Source of the DNA: an uncultured Candidatus Micrarchaeota archaeon
GTDB taxonomy: Archaea; Micrarchaeota; Micrarchaeia; Anstonellales; J096
Length of the DNA stretch: 56,692 nt
Assembly: GCA_938083015.1 (NCBI GenBank)
Contig: CALKCX010000010.1
Location: 1-56,692 of the forward strand
Direction of reading: 5' to 3'
Position numbers and translations under genes: made by a program. The notes beneath the pieces are model-generated. The model was given only the letters and a program-made list of their open reading frames with translations, ran no database searches and had not been told where the DNA came from. Positions 27,975-36,367 of the stretch are shown piece by piece (position 1 is the stretch's first letter; each line of letters begins with the position of its first letter).

Positions 27975-29003
27975 ATGATTGGAATAATAGGTTATGGCAG
28001 TTATATACCTATGTATAGGATAAAGACTGAAACTATAGCTAAAATTTGGGGGGAAGATCCTGAGAGAATAGAACAAGGATTAGGAATAATAGAAAAATCT
28101 GTTCCAGATTATGATGAAGATACTGTTAGTATGGCCATACAAGCAGCTATTAATGCAAAGTCTAATCTTGTTGTTGAAAATCCTTCTATAGGAGCTGTAT
28201 TTGTAGGTAGTGAAAGTCATCCATATGTTGTAAAATCAAGTGCATCAATAGTAGCAGAAGCATTAGGTATTACTCCTGAAACTTTAGCTGCTGATCTTGA
28301 ATTTGCATGTAGAGCAGGTACAGCAGGTATGGTAGCAATATATGGTATGATCAAAGGAGATTTAATTTCAGCAGGATTGGCAATAGGTAGTGATACTGCT
28401 CAAGGTAGACCTGCTGATGCTTTAGAGTATTCAGCTGGAGCAGGTGCAGGAGCTTTTATACTTGGAAAGGGCAAAAAGGTAATTGCAGAAATAATTGCAA
28501 CTTATTCTGTAACTACAGATACTACTGATTTCTGGAGAAGAGAAGGCATGAGATACCCTTCTCATGGAGGAAGATTCACAGGAGAACCTGCTTATTTTAA
28601 ACATATACAGATGGCCATTGAAGGAATACTAAAAAGAACAGGTTATAAAATAGAAGATTTTAATCATGTTATACTTCATCAACCCAATGCAAAATTTCCA
28701 AATATAGTGGCAAAAAGATATAATATTACGAATGAACAACTTCGACACGGATTATTAGTATCTGTAATTGGAAATACCTATAGCGCAGCTACTATGATAG
28801 GTCTAGCTAATGTTTTAGATAATAGCAAAAAAGGAGATTTAATATTGCAAGTAAGTTTTGGATCTGGAGCTGGTGCAGATGCATTTGTATATGAAGTAAA
28901 AAACCCATCACCACCTAGGTTTACCACATCATATTATATAAACAGAAAAACATATATTGACTATGCGACATATCTTAAAAAGAAGAGAATGATTATTAAG
29001 TAA
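27975..29003 (+). CDS. mvaS: Hydroxymethylglutaryl-CoA synthase (archaeal type)
   Basis: GSESHPY, EFACRAGTAG (catalytic Cys), ALEYSAGAGA, DTTDFWRR..RFTGEPAYF, HQPN, IGNTYS. TTTAAA at 27947-27952. Confidence 0.93.
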   Translation: MIGIIGYGSYIPMYRIKTETIAKIWGEDPERIEQGLGIIEKSVPDYDEDTVSMAIQAAINAKSNLVVENPSIGAVFVGSESHPYVVKSSASIVAEALGITPETLAADLEFACRAGTAGMVAIYGMIKGDLISAGLAIGSDTAQGRPADALEYSAGAGAGAFILGKGKKVIAEIIATYSVTTDTTDFWRREGMRYPSHGGRFTGEPAYFKHIQMAIEGILKRTGYKIEDFNHVILHQPNAKFPNIVAKRYNITNEQLRHGLLVSVIGNTYSAATMIGLANVLDNSKKGDLILQVSFGSGAGADAFVYEVKNPSPPRFTTSYYINRKTYIDYATYLKKKRMIIK

Positions 29004-29737
29004 TGCTACAACATCAACATATATTACTTACCATTTTATTTCTTTTTCCATTGATAATTCATTATGACGGCCCATTAGACTTAATATTATCTGTTTCAAT
29101 AGTATTGATATTTTCAGTATTACCAGATATTGACTTAAGTGGTAATAAATTTGTGAATACGAATATGGTTAAACGTGGAATTCTTATGGATTACTTTAAA
29201 TTATTAAACTTGATTACAAACATTATAAGAATTATAATATTTAGACCATACGATTTCTTAATTAAGCTTCTATTAGGTAAATCTAAGACATTTCACAGAG
29301 AATCTTCTCATTCTTTAATATTCTTAAGCGTAACATTAGCAGTATTATTACTATTTATAATCTTATTATCTCCGTATTTGAAATTAGATAATATTGCAAA
29401 ATATATCATTTTAGCTATACTTGGATTTACTATGCATCTTTTTCAAGATTCTCTAACAGTAAACGGTATAAAATGGTTATATCCTTTGGAAAATGTTGAA
29501 ATAAAAGGTAGGTTAAATACATCTAATAACTTGCACATGCGATTAATAGACGTATATATAATGATTATCATCCTTATGATTATCGCCTATCATGTAATAG
29601 AAATTATAATGGTTACCAATATCAATCCGGTAATCTATTCGTTTTATCATAATTGGAATAAGATTTATCCAAATCATACCTATCTACTCGCCATCCCCTT
29701 ATTCCTTTTGATAAAAGAGGTAAAGATTTCTTTGTAA
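29003..29737 (+). CDS. Membrane metal-dependent hydrolase (YdjM/DUF457-like)
   Basis: SVLPDID, HRESSHSL, HLFQDSLT..GI..LYP; several TM helices. Confidence 0.8.
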   Translation: MLQHQHILLTILFLFPLIIHYDGPLDLILSVSIVLIFSVLPDIDLSGNKFVNTNMVKRGILMDYFKLLNLITNIIRIIIFRPYDFLIKLLLGKSKTFHRESSHSLIFLSVTLAVLLLFIILLSPYLKLDNIAKYIILAILGFTMHLFQDSLTVNGIKWLYPLENVEIKGRLNTSNNLHMRLIDVYIMIIILMIIAYHVIEIIMVTNINPVIYSFYHNWNKIYPNHTYLLAIPLFLLIKEVKISL

Positions 29738-30371
29738 GATAATACAATATTCTAAACCCATCTATCCATTCTATCTTAGGAACACCGAATCTTTTTCCAA
29801 ATTTTATAGCTAATTCAGCAGTCTTAAATTTATTCTTAGCTAATTCTACTATTATCTCTACTTCTAACTCAAATCTATTTGATTTGATATCAATTGTCTT
29901 GTAAACATCTTTTCTCATACCTATCATACCAGACATTACATCTGTTACATTAGTATCTAATAATAATCTGGTATAGAAAGATGTAAATAGATTCGTAAAC
30001 TTATTTATCAATGGCATAGCACCGTCTTCTATTTTACCTCTAATTCTACTAGTCAATACTACCTCGTATTCTTCTAGCATATCAAATATTTTAGGTAATG
30101 CCTCTGATGGATAAGTACCATCTGCATCCATCATTATTAGTTTTTTTGCATCTATTTTATTTAAAGCATCTTTAACAGAATAAGCTTTGCCTTTTTTCTC
30201 AGTTCTAAACACTATCGCCCCCATATTTTTAGCTATTTCAGGAGTCTTATCTTGACTAGAATCAGCTAAGAATATGGTTACATCCGGAACATGTTTATAT
30301 ATTGATTCTATTACATAAGATATTCCTTGTTCTTCATTATAAGTCGGTAAAAGTATAGCTTTATCTATCAT
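29622..30371 (-). CDS. GT2 family glycosyltransferase (dolichol-phosphate glycosyltransferase-like)
   Basis: LPTYNEEQGI, ADSSQDKT, KKGKA, MMDADGTYP, DVMSG, FELEVE. Confidence 0.9.
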   Translation of the reverse strand: MIDKAILLPTYNEEQGISYVIESIYKHVPDVTIFLADSSQDKTPEIAKNMGAIVFRTEKKGKAYSVKDALNKIDAKKLIMMDADGTYPSEALPKIFDMLEEYEVVLTSRIRGKIEDGAMPLINKFTNLFTSFYTRLLLDTNVTDVMSGMIGMRKDVYKTIDIKSNRFELEVEIIVELAKNKFKTAELAIKFGKRFGVPKIEWIDGFRILYYLTKKSLPLLSKGIRGWRVDRYDLDKSYSNYDKTNRLPD

Positions 30372-31243
30372 AACATATCACCAAGTAATATAGGTAATAT
30401 TATAGTGGCTTCACCGTATATATCTACGTGTTTACCTTTGATTTTCCCCCAACTTACAGCTTCATTAGATCTAGCACCACTTAATGATCCATCCCATTCT
30501 TGTGAACTTGTAACATATATAGCGTAATCTAGGCCCCCTCTTACGATATTTGCCCCTATTGCATGATGTTTACTTATACCACCTCCGATTATCAATGCAC
30601 CAGTTTTCTTAGCTAGTAAAATCATATCAATATATTTTTTTAAATCTGGAATAGGATCTAATGATATTTTTCTACGTTTCGATATATAATAGAAAAACAA
30701 CCCTATAGCAGCATCTATTATTCCTGGACTAATTACAGGTATGTTTTTTTCGTAACATTTACTTAATATCGATCTTATATTTTTATCATGTAAATACTTA
30801 CCAAATATATAGGCAATCTCTGAAGGTGTATAAGTTTTTTCCTCTAAAAATAATTCATTTGTAATAGATTCCAACATTTCATATGATTTATTAGAAACAT
30901 ATATATTGCCAAGTCTATTTATTCCATCTGCCCTTAGTTTTTTATCATCTACTGTAAAATCTCCAATGTAATAATCTGTAAAACTTCTCATAACATCGTG
31001 ATCAATTGTGGCCCCTGTAGTTACTATAACATCAACATACCCTTTTTCAATCATCTTTATATATATTCCTCTAAGTCCAGTAGCTACGGTATTTCCTGTA
31101 AATGCCAATATCTTAAGAGAAGCTTTTTCAAACATTTCTTTCAATATTAACTTTGCCTTACCTATTTGAGTAGATTGAAAACCAACATTATAGATATTAT
31201 TCAAATAGTCTTCAATACTATATATATCTTTGACTCGATCCAT
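30368..31243 (-). CDS. dys: Deoxyhypusine synthase
   Basis: FTGNTVATGLR, TTGATIDHD, GINRLGNI, GGGISKHH, DGSLSGARSNEAVSWGKI. Confidence 0.95.
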   Translation of the reverse strand: MDRVKDIYSIEDYLNNIYNVGFQSTQIGKAKLILKEMFEKASLKILAFTGNTVATGLRGIYIKMIEKGYVDVIVTTGATIDHDVMRSFTDYYIGDFTVDDKKLRADGINRLGNIYVSNKSYEMLESITNELFLEEKTYTPSEIAYIFGKYLHDKNIRSILSKCYEKNIPVISPGIIDAAIGLFFYYISKRRKISLDPIPDLKKYIDMILLAKKTGALIIGGGISKHHAIGANIVRGGLDYAIYVTSSQEWDGSLSGARSNEAVSWGKIKGKHVDIYGEATIILPILLGDML

Positions 31244-31264
31244 ATGTCAATTTATAGCTTAATA

Positions 31265-31270
31265 TTTAAA
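31265..31270. promoter_or_regulatory. Shared palindromic TATA box of the divergent dys / KaiC-like pair
   Basis: TTTAAA lies 22-27 nt from ATG 31243 and 25-30 nt from ATG 31295. Confidence 0.55.
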
Positions 31271-31294
31271 TGTTTATATTATCTATATACTAAT

Positions 31295-31984
31295 ATGGTC
31301 GAAAAGATAAAAACTGGTATTATAGAATTTGATGAAATGTTAAATGGAGGATTTCCTAAAAATAGACACATAGGTTTCTATGGTGGGCCAGGTACAGGTA
31401 AGACTACTTTTACATTCGAAATATTGTATAAAGGAGCTTTAATGGGAGAAGTCGGTTATTACTTTACTTTAGAAGAACCTCCAGAGATGATAATCGAAAA
31501 CATGAGCGCCCAATTTTCAGAATTTAGAGATATAAGACAATTAGTAGATAGGAAAATGCTAATAATAGAGAAGAATGAATCCTATGATATAAATTCTATA
31601 ATTCAGCAAATAGAACAAGGTGTATTAAAATATAATGTATCTAGATTAGTAATAGATTCTTTGACAATATTTAAATCTTTATTTACCTCAGAACCAGAGT
31701 ATAGAAGAGGGTTGATAGAATTTTTAAATCTACTTAGATCTCTTGATATTAGCGTATTTCCGATTATAGAAGCTGCAACTTCATCTAGAGAGTCATTTGA
31801 ATATTCGATAGAACATTATGTATTAGACGGTATTATAAATCTATACAACATTTACAGAGGAGAAACTAGAATAAGAGCTTTAGAGATATATAAGCTAAGA
31901 GGTACAGCACATAATACAGATATTGTTCCGTATAGAGTGACCCCCAGGGGTATAAAGGTATACCTGGGAGAGAAACTTTTCTAA
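31295..31984 (+). CDS. Single-domain KaiC-like RecA-superfamily ATPase
   Basis: KIKTGIIEFDEMLNGGFP, GGPGTGKT, RLVIDSL, LDGIINL, RALEIYKLRGT. Start moved to ATG 31295; the ORF-track 5' extension overlaps dys. Confidence 0.88.
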   Translation: MVEKIKTGIIEFDEMLNGGFPKNRHIGFYGGPGTGKTTFTFEILYKGALMGEVGYYFTLEEPPEMIIENMSAQFSEFRDIRQLVDRKMLIIEKNESYDINSIIQQIEQGVLKYNVSRLVIDSLTIFKSLFTSEPEYRRGLIEFLNLLRSLDISVFPIIEAATSSRESFEYSIEHYVLDGIINLYNIYRGETRIRALEIYKLRGTAHNTDIVPYRVTPRGIKVYLGEKLF

Positions 31985-31985
31985 C

Positions 31986-32390
31986 ATGGAATTCTTCATA
32001 ATCATCTTAATCATCTTAATAGGAATTGGAGTATTATCAATATTATTTATCAATAGACATGAATTAAAGAAATACTTAGTAGAATTAGAAATAGTAGCTA
32101 TATTATTCTTAATAATATTGATTGTAAATATACAGCAAGCTATATTAGATAGAGAGAATCTAATTGATTGGAGTTTAGAACCTAATGAACAACATAATTA
32201 CGCTTATCGAATATCAATTCCAAATTCAACTGATGTTCAAATAGATAATATAAGTGAGAAGATGGGCATAGTGAAAATTCATCTTAAATATTGTATTGGA
32301 AATAACGACAGTGAATTAATAATATATATGGATAGTAAATATAAAGATTATAAAAAGCAATTGCTAATTGAGCAGAAAGCCTGTAATTAA
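31986..32390 (+). CDS. Hypothetical two-TM membrane protein
   Basis: Two N-terminal hydrophobic helices; starts 1 nt after the KaiC-like stop. Confidence 0.6.
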   Translation: MEFFIIILIILIGIGVLSILFINRHELKKYLVELEIVAILFLIILIVNIQQAILDRENLIDWSLEPNEQHNYAYRISIPNSTDVQIDNISEKMGIVKIHLKYCIGNNDSELIIYMDSKYKDYKKQLLIEQKACN

Positions 32391-33389
32391 TAAAACAGTA
32401 GGTATTATTACTACTCCCATATTTGCATCTATACTTGATTTTATTACAATTATGTTTAAATACGATACTAAAGCAGAACCTAGAGTTACAATTAATCCAT
32501 ACCAACCTTCTAATATATAGGAAATTGTCAATATTATGATAATTGCCAATACGTAAAACATCTCGTTTATCTTAATTTTATCTTTAATCATAATCATTAT
32601 TGGGATTGCTATTATCATACCTATTAAAGCTTCAAATAGTTTAGTTTCAGAATTAAGACATTTTACATATCCATTTCTAACATTTCCAGTATACATATAA
32701 TAATATACGCTAGCAGTAAATTGAAAGCCCATATAGGTAGCGTAATAGTATATATTCATGGTCGATACAAACAATGCACCAAATATAGATGGTGACGAAA
32801 TTCCTGGAAATATCAATGATAGATAAGCTATTACAATACCTAGTATAAAATATAAAATAGAATTGCTGTTATCAATTACAATTTCATTACGATATTCAAA
32901 TTTGGTCAATTTTAAAAGTATAAACACAAGTCCAAACATACCAGAAAATATATGAAACATGTATTTTTCATCTATTACCATAATCCCCCAAAGACCACTT
33001 ATCAACAATCCAATTATGAATCTTAAATCTTTGTTGATAATTATGTAAAATATTAAGAATATTGTTAAAACATAAATAAAATATTTGTAATTTTTTAGAT
33101 GTTTCATGATTTCGTATAATTGTCCAATACCTACTCCAAACGCAGCACCTATGATAAACAATAATATGTATATTAAAAACAGATTTTTATCTTTATTAAA
33201 CATTTTTCCAAGTATAGGTCCAAATATAGAATCTGATGAAGAGTAAAAAAGTAATACGGATAACAAAGAGAATAGCATAGTAAACCCTATTATATAACCT
33301 ATATAATCTGATTGATTGAACATTGCACAATAATTATTAGGATGCATACCTGGAATAAAAGATAGGAAAACTAATAGTAATTCAATCAT
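32364..33389 (-). CDS. TctA-like (DUF112) membrane protein, short form
   Basis: IPGMHPN motif, HIFSGMFG, IFPGISS; about 11 TM helices. Confidence 0.65.
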   Translation of the reverse strand: MIELLLVFLSFIPGMHPNNYCAMFNQSDYIGYIIGFTMLFSLLSVLLFYSSSDSIFGPILGKMFNKDKNLFLIYILLFIIGAAFGVGIGQLYEIMKHLKNYKYFIYVLTIFLIFYIIINKDLRFIIGLLISGLWGIMVIDEKYMFHIFSGMFGLVFILLKLTKFEYRNEIVIDNSNSILYFILGIVIAYLSLIFPGISSPSIFGALFVSTMNIYYYATYMGFQFTASVYYYMYTGNVRNGYVKCLNSETKLFEALIGMIIAIPIMIMIKDKIKINEMFYVLAIIIILTISYILEGWYGLIVTLGSALVSYLNIIVIKSSIDANMGVVIIPTVLLITGFLLN

Positions 33390-33928
33390 GAAATGTTGTT
33401 TATAAAAGATTCTAAGTATTTACCATTTAATATTTTACACCCCATCATTTCACCAAATTTCAACAAACCTTCATCTGACGATACTAAGATTGCGTCTAAT
33501 TCAATAGCTAATATCACAAGTTCAACATCAGTTGCAGAGTCTAAAATACCGTTTCTAACTAATTCTCTAAATTTTTCTCTTAAAGATTTTATATCTTCTT
33601 TCTCATCTTTTACTCCTTTTCTAGCGTATTCTTCTGCTATTCGTAACGCTTTATCAAATCTCTTTCTTAGATCTTTAACATATTCTAAAAATACATATGC
33701 TGGAATTTGAAGACTAGTATTCGGTGCTTTTACAATCCATAAACCTTCTAATATAGATACGTCTAAAAAAGGTTCAAGTTCACGAATTACACTAGGTGTA
33801 GTATATATATCAAATCCAAGAGATTTAAGTCTTTTCATTATATTTAAAGCTGCTTCTGGTCTATTGTTTACAAAATTAGAATAAACTTCTGGATTACCAA
33901 ATATTGACGTATCTAATACTAATTTCAT
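33386..33928 (-). CDS. HARP, protein-only RNase P (PIN-like, 'RNA ligase partner' family)
   Basis: VLDTSIFGNP, YTTPSV, P..QIPAYVFLEYVKDLRKRFDKALRIAEE, LREKFRELVRNGILDS..D..L..LA.ELDA..VSSDEG. Confidence 0.85.
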   Translation of the reverse strand: MKLVLDTSIFGNPEVYSNFVNNRPEAALNIMKRLKSLGFDIYTTPSVIRELEPFLDVSILEGLWIVKAPNTSLQIPAYVFLEYVKDLRKRFDKALRIAEEYARKGVKDEKEDIKSLREKFRELVRNGILDSATDVELVILAIELDAILVSSDEGLLKFGEMMGCKILNGKYLESFINNIS

Positions 33929-35133
33929 TTTAACACCTTTCTTATAACATCTAATATTTTGCCTTCTATTATCTTTTTATTATCTTCATGAAATCTAAAT
34001 GAAGCTGCTTTTAAATGCCCACCTCCTTGTATTATATTTCCTAATTCATCCATAATAATCTTAGTATTAATACCTTTGTTATAAGCTCCTTCTCCTACTC
34101 TTATCGTATATCTACTATTGTTATATACTAATATTACTGCATCTTCTCCAACAGTTTCTAATATATAAGAAGCTATCTTACCTGTACTTTGAAATTCTAT
34201 TCTATTTATCATCTTCTCTGCGTTTATAAAATATACCTTTATTCCTCTTATTTCTACATATCTTAATTCTCTTACTATATCTCTTATTTGTTCATATTTA
34301 TCTTTTGTAGACATCAAGTATTCTTTGTATAGCTTTTCATCAGTCATTACATTGTATATAAAATTAAAATCATTGGTAAAAGTTGTTAAAAAATCAATTA
34401 CCATTGCCTTCATTTTCAAATTATCATTAGCTTCTATTAGAGAGCTTTTATCCCCGACCATACCGATATACATCAATTCATCGTGCTCATAACCTAATAT
34501 TCTTGCTAATTCATTAGTAAGATATGATGCCGTATACTTTCCGCTTTGATCATATTCCCATGATATTAAATACCTATCTTTATCTTGACTTTTAAATGGA
34601 TGATGGTCGATTACCATGTATTCAATATTATGCGATTTCACTAAATCAAGAGCTTCAATACTTTGATTATTTCCACCAAGATCTGTTAATATTAAAAGAG
34701 GGTTATTTTTATTAGACAATACCGATATATCGTATATTGCATCTTTAATATTATAAGAAGGACTTTGATAAATAATTTTAATTGACCATGGAAATATCTT
34801 AGCTATTCCTACAGCTGCTCCAAATCCATCTGCATCATTATGACTTCTCAATAATACAAATCTATTTTCCAATTTATATCTTAATAATCTTTTAGCGAAT
34901 TCTAGCATGTGCATTTTCATATCTTGTGGAATTTGAAACAACGGTGTCCAGTTTAGATCTATCTTAGATAAAAACGAATCTAAATCATTGCCTAAGTATT
35001 TAACAGGTCTATCCGAATCTAATAAATAAAGGCCAACATCTATCAATCCTTCGTTATCAAGTGTAATATCTTTTTTATTCTCCGTGTACATATGTATTTT
35101 GCGATCATTGATTCTATATACATAACCTATCAT
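33925..35133 (-). CDS. DHH-family RecJ-like phosphoesterase
   Basis: HNDADG, TDLGG, DHHP, GMVGD, GGGHLKAAS (DHHA1); SD GAGGTG. Confidence 0.85.
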   Translation of the reverse strand: MIGYVYRINDRKIHMYTENKKDITLDNEGLIDVGLYLLDSDRPVKYLGNDLDSFLSKIDLNWTPLFQIPQDMKMHMLEFAKRLLRYKLENRFVLLRSHNDADGFGAAVGIAKIFPWSIKIIYQSPSYNIKDAIYDISVLSNKNNPLLILTDLGGNNQSIEALDLVKSHNIEYMVIDHHPFKSQDKDRYLISWEYDQSGKYTASYLTNELARILGYEHDELMYIGMVGDKSSLIEANDNLKMKAMVIDFLTTFTNDFNFIYNVMTDEKLYKEYLMSTKDKYEQIRDIVRELRYVEIRGIKVYFINAEKMINRIEFQSTGKIASYILETVGEDAVILVYNNSRYTIRVGEGAYNKGINTKIIMDELGNIIQGGGHLKAASFRFHEDNKKIIEGKILDVIRKVLK

Positions 35134-35195
35134 TTAATACACCTCAAACTAAATATACATGAATAAATTTAAATTTAAAACTATATTTTAAACAC

Positions 35196-35480
35196 ATGTA
35201 TTTGATATTAACTACTACTAAGAAGCCTGAATACATAGCTAATAATTTAATTAAAGATAAATACGCTGCTTGCGTAAGCTATTATAAAATAACCTCTGTA
35301 TATCGATGGAATGAAGAGATAACTCAAGATCAAGAGTATATGATGATTATAAAAACTGCAAGATTGAGAAGAACTTTAAATAAAATAAGAGAATTGCACG
35401 ATTATGAACTTCCTGAAATTGTGTATTATAAAGTAAAGGCCTCAAAGAGTTATCTTGATTGGGTTAGGAAGAATTCATGA
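35196..35480 (+). CDS. cutA: Divalent-cation tolerance protein CutA
   Basis: AACVS...SVYRW....DQEYMMIIKT...HDYELPEI. Confidence 0.92.
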   Translation: MYLILTTTKKPEYIANNLIKDKYAACVSYYKITSVYRWNEEITQDQEYMMIIKTARLRRTLNKIRELHDYELPEIVYYKVKASKSYLDWVRKNS

Positions 35481-36367
35481 TTGAATTAAAGACTTTGATA
35501 AAAGCATATCGAAAGGAACAGAATTCAATAGAAGAAGTATTTGAGAAATTATTACCTGAATCTCCATTTTACGATATATATTATGATAAATACAATACTT
35601 ATCTATATCTTGAAGAGAATATTGAAAATATATTGTCATCTAGGAAGAATTTAAATAATTACATAAGATCTCTATCTTTTCAAGATACAGTAAAATTCGT
35701 ATACTATGTTACTAACAACTATCCAGAAGTACGCTTTTACAGAACAAATCATCATAATGATTTTGTACTTGAGAGTTTTGGTCTATTAAGAATTAAAGAT
35801 AAGAATTTACTAGAATACTACATATCAATAGATAAAATAAAGAATATGGAATACTTTGATCCCCCAGAGATAGATAGTATAGGTAAATACAGTTCTCTGG
35901 CGTATTATGCTTTATTATATAATAATTTTGACGTTTTAGATTTACTATTAGAAAGGACAAATCAATATTATCATGCCGGTATAGGTATTAATTATTACCT
36001 ATGGAACCAAGGTGAACACGATAGATTTATAGATAGTCTATCAACGCAAAGCATATTAATACCACAATATTCCTATGTTAGCGATACTAATTTTGATCTT
36101 ATTTCAATGGTATGTTTAGACGACATATTCTATATATCTCCTGACAAGATATTGTATAATGTTTTACCAGCTTATCTAAGAGAAAGATATCTAAAATTTA
36201 GTTCAGATCAAGTATTAGAGACTGATGTTGCAGATATAATTAATAATCTAGAGCAGATAAAATATATGATAGTATTTGGTAAATTAGAATATATATCTAT
36301 ATTTAAGTCGATAATATCATTGCTTGACGATATAGGTGTTGATATTATAGAATTGGAAAAATTCTAA
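35477..36367 (+). CDS. Hypothetical protein
   Basis: 296-aa ORF coupled to cutA (ATGA overlap); no motif recognised. Confidence 0.6.
   Translation: MIELKTLIKAYRKEQNSIEEVFEKLLPESPFYDIYYDKYNTYLYLEENIENILSSRKNLNNYIRSLSFQDTVKFVYYVTNNYPEVRFYRTNHHNDFVLESFGLLRIKDKNLLEYYISIDKIKNMEYFDPPEIDSIGKYSSLAYYALLYNNFDVLDLLLERTNQYYHAGIGINYYLWNQGEHDRFIDSLSTQSILIPQYSYVSDTNFDLISMVCLDDIFYISPDKILYNVLPAYLRERYLKFSSDQVLETDVADIINNLEQIKYMIVFGKLEYISIFKSIISLLDDIGVDIIELEKF

Noticed and set aside
31295-31984. Circadian clock KaiC
   Set aside because: Single domain, no kaiA/kaiB nearby; such ATPases are common archaeal regulators.
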